From the NCBI GenBank assembly GCA_964527765.1, contig CAZGQR010000003.1, positions 75,366 to 139,365 of the forward strand: a DNA stretch of 64,000 nucleotides, read 5' to 3'. This DNA is from an uncultured Planctomycetia bacterium (GTDB lineage: Bacteria > Omnitrophota > Gorgyraeia > Tantalellales > Tantalellaceae). The translations under genes and the position numbers were made by a program. Under the pieces are notes generated by a model. The model was not told where the DNA came from. It did no database searches and saw nothing but the letters and a program-made list of their open reading frames with translations. This document shows, in pieces, positions 59,279-64,000 of the stretch. Numbering within the stretch: the first letter of the stretch is position 1; each line of letters starts with the position of its first letter.

Positions 59279-61111
59279 ATGAAGAATTACATTAGATTCA
59301 TCAAACTCATATTGCCGCATGGCGGCGTTTTTGCCATGGCGGTCCTGTGCATGATCCTGTCGTCAGCTTTCAGCGCGTCCCCGCTGGCGCTCATTATTCC
59401 TCTTGTGGACAGGGTCATATCGGGCAAGCAGATCGCGGTTCCCGCCGGGGTCGAGCTTCCGGAGATACTGGCGCGCATGGTGGATTGGGTCAACGGCCTG
59501 TCGTCCCTGCAGCTCCTTAACGTTATGACCGCGATGATAGTCGGGATCTTCCTGCTCAAGGGGCTTTTTGAATTCCTGAAGCAATATCTGATGAGCGATG
59601 TAAGCCAAAAGGTGGTCCGGGACGTAAAGAATGCGATCTACAAAAAACTCCAGGACCTTTCCATGGAGTTTTACAGTCACAATCCCACCGGGCAGCTGAT
59701 GTCGCGCATCACTTATGACGCGGACGTGATCCGCGACGCCATAAGCACCGGAGTGGCGGATTCGTTCTCCCAGCCCATTGAGCTGGTGTTCTATCTCGGC
59801 GTGCTCATCAGCCTTAAATTGTACGGCGGGATCCCCTGGAACCTGATAATCATAAGTTTCGTGATCTTTCCCCTCGTTCTTTATCCTGTCGTGAGAATAG
59901 GCAAGAGATTACGGAAGATCAGCAAGAGCTCCCAGGAGAAGATCGGTGATATCAATAACATGCTTTTTGAGACGATATCGGCCATCAAGCTCGTCAAGTC
60001 TTTCTGCATGCAGGACTATGAGTGGAAGCGGTTCAGGGAGCAAAACCTGAAATTTTACAAATTGAACATGAAGTCCGTTAAGAGGATGAAGATCGTAAGC
60101 CCCCTGACCGAGGTTATGGCTGTGGCCTGTGTCGCGGTGATATTGTGGTTAGCCGGAAAGAACATAGTCAGCGGAGAGCTCTCCGCCGGGGTATTCACCG
60201 CTTTCCTGGCAGCGGTATTTTCCATGCTGAAACCCGTGAAAAAAATAAGCGGTGTTTACGGCATTAACCAGCACGCGCTCGCTGCCGCGGAACGCATATT
60301 CCAGCTTCTGGACGAACCGGTTACCATAAAAGAGAAGCCGGATGCCGTGGAACTCAGGTCTTTTGAGAAAAACATAACCTTTGAGAACGTTTCTTTCAGG
60401 TATGACAAGGAAGAGATCCTGAATGATATAGACCTTCGGATCAATAAAGGGGAGATAGTGGCGCTTGTCGGACCTTCCGGCGGCGGCAAGAGCACCCTTG
60501 TCAACCTGATCCCCAGATTTTATGATCCCGTCCGGGGTACTGTCCGCATCGACGGAATAGAGGTAAAAGACATATCGATCAGGTCTCTCAGGGAGAAAAT
60601 AGGCCTGGTGACCCAGGAGACGCTTCTGTTCAATGATTCGGTAAAGGTCAATATCAGCTACGGGCATGAGGACATTGACCACGAGCAGCTTGTCCGCGTG
60701 GCCAAGGCGGCCAATGCCCATCGGTTCATCAGGGATTTCCCGGAAGGGTACGATACCGTGATCGGGGAAAGAGGGCTCAGGGTCTCGGGGGGACAGAGGC
60801 AGCGGATAGCCATCGCCCGGGCCGTTTATAAGAATCCGCCTATTCTGATATTTGATGAAGCGACCTCTCAGCTGGACACCGAAAGCGAAAAACTGGTACA
60901 GGAAGCGATCAACAATCTGATGAAGGGAAGGACGGTCATCGTCATCGCTCACAGGTTGAGCACGATCAAGCACGCTGACAAGATCGTGGTCATAGACAGG
61001 GGCAGGATCATAGATAAGGGGTCGCATGAAGAGCTGATCGACCGGAACCCCCTGTATAGAAGGCTTTATGAAATGCAATTCATGGATCAGAGTCCCGTAC
61101 AAAACACTTGA
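59279..61111 (+). CDS. ABC transporter permease/ATP-binding fusion (MsbA-like lipid exporter)
   Basis: 6-TM domain plus NBD with Walker A GPSGGGKST, signature LSGGQRQR, Walker B ILIFDEATS. Confidence 0.8.
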   Translation: MKNYIRFIKLILPHGGVFAMAVLCMILSSAFSASPLALIIPLVDRVISGKQIAVPAGVELPEILARMVDWVNGLSSLQLLNVMTAMIVGIFLLKGLFEFLKQYLMSDVSQKVVRDVKNAIYKKLQDLSMEFYSHNPTGQLMSRITYDADVIRDAISTGVADSFSQPIELVFYLGVLISLKLYGGIPWNLIIISFVIFPLVLYPVVRIGKRLRKISKSSQEKIGDINNMLFETISAIKLVKSFCMQDYEWKRFREQNLKFYKLNMKSVKRMKIVSPLTEVMAVACVAVILWLAGKNIVSGELSAGVFTAFLAAVFSMLKPVKKISGVYGINQHALAAAERIFQLLDEPVTIKEKPDAVELRSFEKNITFENVSFRYDKEEILNDIDLRINKGEIVALVGPSGGGKSTLVNLIPRFYDPVRGTVRIDGIEVKDISIRSLREKIGLVTQETLLFNDSVKVNISYGHEDIDHEQLVRVAKAANAHRFIRDFPEGYDTVIGERGLRVSGGQRQRIAIARAVYKNPPILIFDEATSQLDTESEKLVQEAINNLMKGRTVIVIAHRLSTIKHADKIVVIDRGRIIDKGSHEELIDRNPLYRRLYEMQFMDQSPVQNT

Positions 61112-61266
61112 AATTAGGTGCGTTTTCTATATAATAGTCGTTTAGTTGTATGATGTTCGGACATTAAAACAGTTAGGCCCGCAGGGCGCAATGAGTCGCT
61201 GGTAGAGGATTTTATAATTGCGCAATATGCTCGGGATTAGCTGGGAAAGAAGGAGGAATGCAAGCG

Positions 61267-62115
61267 ATGACTTTAGACTCGACGCTTATAAGAGAATTGC
61301 TGGAAAACGGTGTGCATTTTGGGCATCAGACCAATAAGTGGAACCCAAAAATGAAACCGTACATTTTCGGCGAAAAAAGCGGTATCTATATCATTGATCT
61401 GAAAAAAACGGAGGAAGCGCTGACCGAAGCGCTTGATTTTCTCTACGGCCTGGCCGCTTCAGGCAAAACGGTGCTTTTTGTGGGGACAAAAAAACAGGCC
61501 AAGCAGATCATCAGGGAAGAGGCCCAGCGTTGCGAAATGTTCTTTGTGGATGAACGCTGGCTCGGAGGATGCCTTACTAATTTCACAACCATAAGAAAAA
61601 GCGTGGAAAGGCTTAATCACCTTCAGGAGATGAAGGCAAGCGAGATCTACGGGTCTCTTGCCAAAAAGGAAAAAGCCCACATCGACAGGGAAGAGTACAA
61701 GCTGCTCAAGAATCTCGGGGGGATACGGGACATGAAGGAGCTTCCGGATTGCCTTGTCGTTGTCGACGCGGAAGCCGAGCACATAGCTATCAGGGAAGCG
61801 TATAAGATGGGGATACCCGTCATAGCGCTCGTGGACACCAATTGTGATCCCACCATGATCGAGTACACGATCCCGGGTAACGATGACGCCATCCGGTCCA
61901 TCAAGTACATTGTTTCCAAGCTGGCGGACGCCGTAGAAAAAGGGCACAATGAATCTACGGGCAAGAAGACGGTCGAGAAAAAACGGGAAACGGAAGAGGA
62001 AAAGGCGCCGGAGGAGCCGCGGGCCGAAGTCAAAGAGAAAGAAAAGGAACCGGAAGCGGAGAGCGCCGAGGAAGAGATCATAGAAGGCGATATAAAGCTG
62101 GATGACGCGCAATGA
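61267..62115 (+). CDS. rpsB: 30S ribosomal protein S2 (with acidic C-terminal extension)
   Basis: GVHFGHQTNKWNPKM; second ATG 61267 preferred over 61258 on RBS spacing. Confidence 0.85.
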   Translation: MTLDSTLIRELLENGVHFGHQTNKWNPKMKPYIFGEKSGIYIIDLKKTEEALTEALDFLYGLAASGKTVLFVGTKKQAKQIIREEAQRCEMFFVDERWLGGCLTNFTTIRKSVERLNHLQEMKASEIYGSLAKKEKAHIDREEYKLLKNLGGIRDMKELPDCLVVVDAEAEHIAIREAYKMGIPVIALVDTNCDPTMIEYTIPGNDDAIRSIKYIVSKLADAVEKGHNESTGKKTVEKKRETEEEKAPEEPRAEVKEKEKEPEAESAEEEIIEGDIKLDDAQ

Positions 62116-62154
62116 TCAAGGCGTGGATCATCATTAATACAGGGGAGAGAAAGA

Positions 62155-63475
<1,321 letters not shown>

Positions 63476-63487
63476 GAGGTGGTTTTT

Positions 63488-64000
63488 ATGATTCAGACAG
63501 AAGGCGAAAGGATCGGCAAGGAAGCTGAATCTAAAATGAGAGCGGCACTGGAAGCCGTGCAGAAACAATTCTCGACGATAAGGACGGGGAGAGCGCATCC
63601 AAGTCTTGTGGAAGGCATCAAGGTGGATTATTACGGCACGAAGACCCCCCTCAAGCAACTGGCCAGTATAGCTACTCCGGAACCGCGCCTTATAGTGATA
63701 CAGCCGTGGGATAAGAATTCCGCCTCTGAGATAGAGAAAGCGATCCTTGCTTCCGATGTCGGGATAACCCCCATGAATGACGGTAAGGTCATCCGCCTAT
63801 CCATGCCTCAGCTGACGCAGGAAAGGCGCGAGGAACTGATCAAGGTCCTTCACAGGATCACCGAGGAAGGGAAAGTCTCGGTCCGTAATGCCCGCCATCA
63901 TGCTAATGAAGAATCCGTCAAGCTCGAAAAAGAGAACAAGATGACGGAAGACGACAAGTTCCAGGCCAAGGAGAGAGTCCAGAAACTGACGGATAACTAC
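63488..64000 (+). CDS. frr: ribosome recycling factor, 3'-truncated by window end
   Basis: ATG 63488 after GAGGTGG; translation MIQTEGERIGKEAESKMRAALEAVQKQFSTIRTGRAHPSLVEGIKVDYYG; no stop before nt 64000, so it is missing from the ORF track. Confidence 0.8.
   Translation, partial: MIQTEGERIGKEAESKMRAALEAVQKQFSTIRTGRAHPSLVEGIKVDYYGTKTPLKQLASIATPEPRLIVIQPWDKNSASEIEKAILASDVGITPMNDGKVIRLSMPQLTQERREELIKVLHRITEEGKVSVRNARHHANEESVKLEKENKMTEDDKFQAKERVQKLTDNY

Overview
The window is a 64 kb chromosomal segment spanning the replication origin of a bacterium with roughly 55% GC. Gene content hints at a PVC-superphylum or Omnitrophica-like lineage, but this is tentative.

Genes at 461-24341 lie on the minus strand: a small PilZ protein, a five-gene glycan synthase/hydrolase block, treT-otsB-otsA, pyk, a HAD/DUF429/SHOCT trio, tRNA-Asp and tRNA-Val, glmS, tRNA-Glu, gyrA, gyrB, a DUF721/DciA-like gene, dnaN and dnaA. 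Genes from rpmH at 24628 to the window end are on the plus strand: rpmH-rnpA-yidD-yidC, a truncated jag, parAB, a complete pyrimidine operon, a Chlamydia-style V-type ATPase operon, rsmI, ndk, yicC, gmk, rpoZ, split coaC/coaB, a pseudopilin, tRNA-Cys-Leu-Val with thrS-infC-rpmI-rplT, trkHA, pheST, rarA, a ThiI-like gene, rseC, an MsbA-like ABC exporter and rpsB-tsf-pyrH-frr. The strand switch at 24342-24627 carries a perfect DnaA box, an AT-rich stretch and a strong rpmH promoter, so it is the likely oriC.

No transposase, integrase, CRISPR array or rRNA gene was seen.

The most unusual content is three things. The first is the tightly packed minus-strand locus joining a membrane GT2 synthase with a QxxRW motif, a membrane-anchored PEGA-domain partner, a secreted clan GH-A hydrolase, a GT4 enzyme, a poly-His membrane protein and a stand-alone PilZ receptor to two trehalose synthesis routes. 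The second is a 324 bp structured non-coding region upstream of parAB with a 19 bp perfect-stem hairpin and two parS-like palindromes. The third is a Mut7-C RNase gene embedded in the pyr operon.

All calls rest on reading the translations and the nucleotide sequence by eye. No database search was run.
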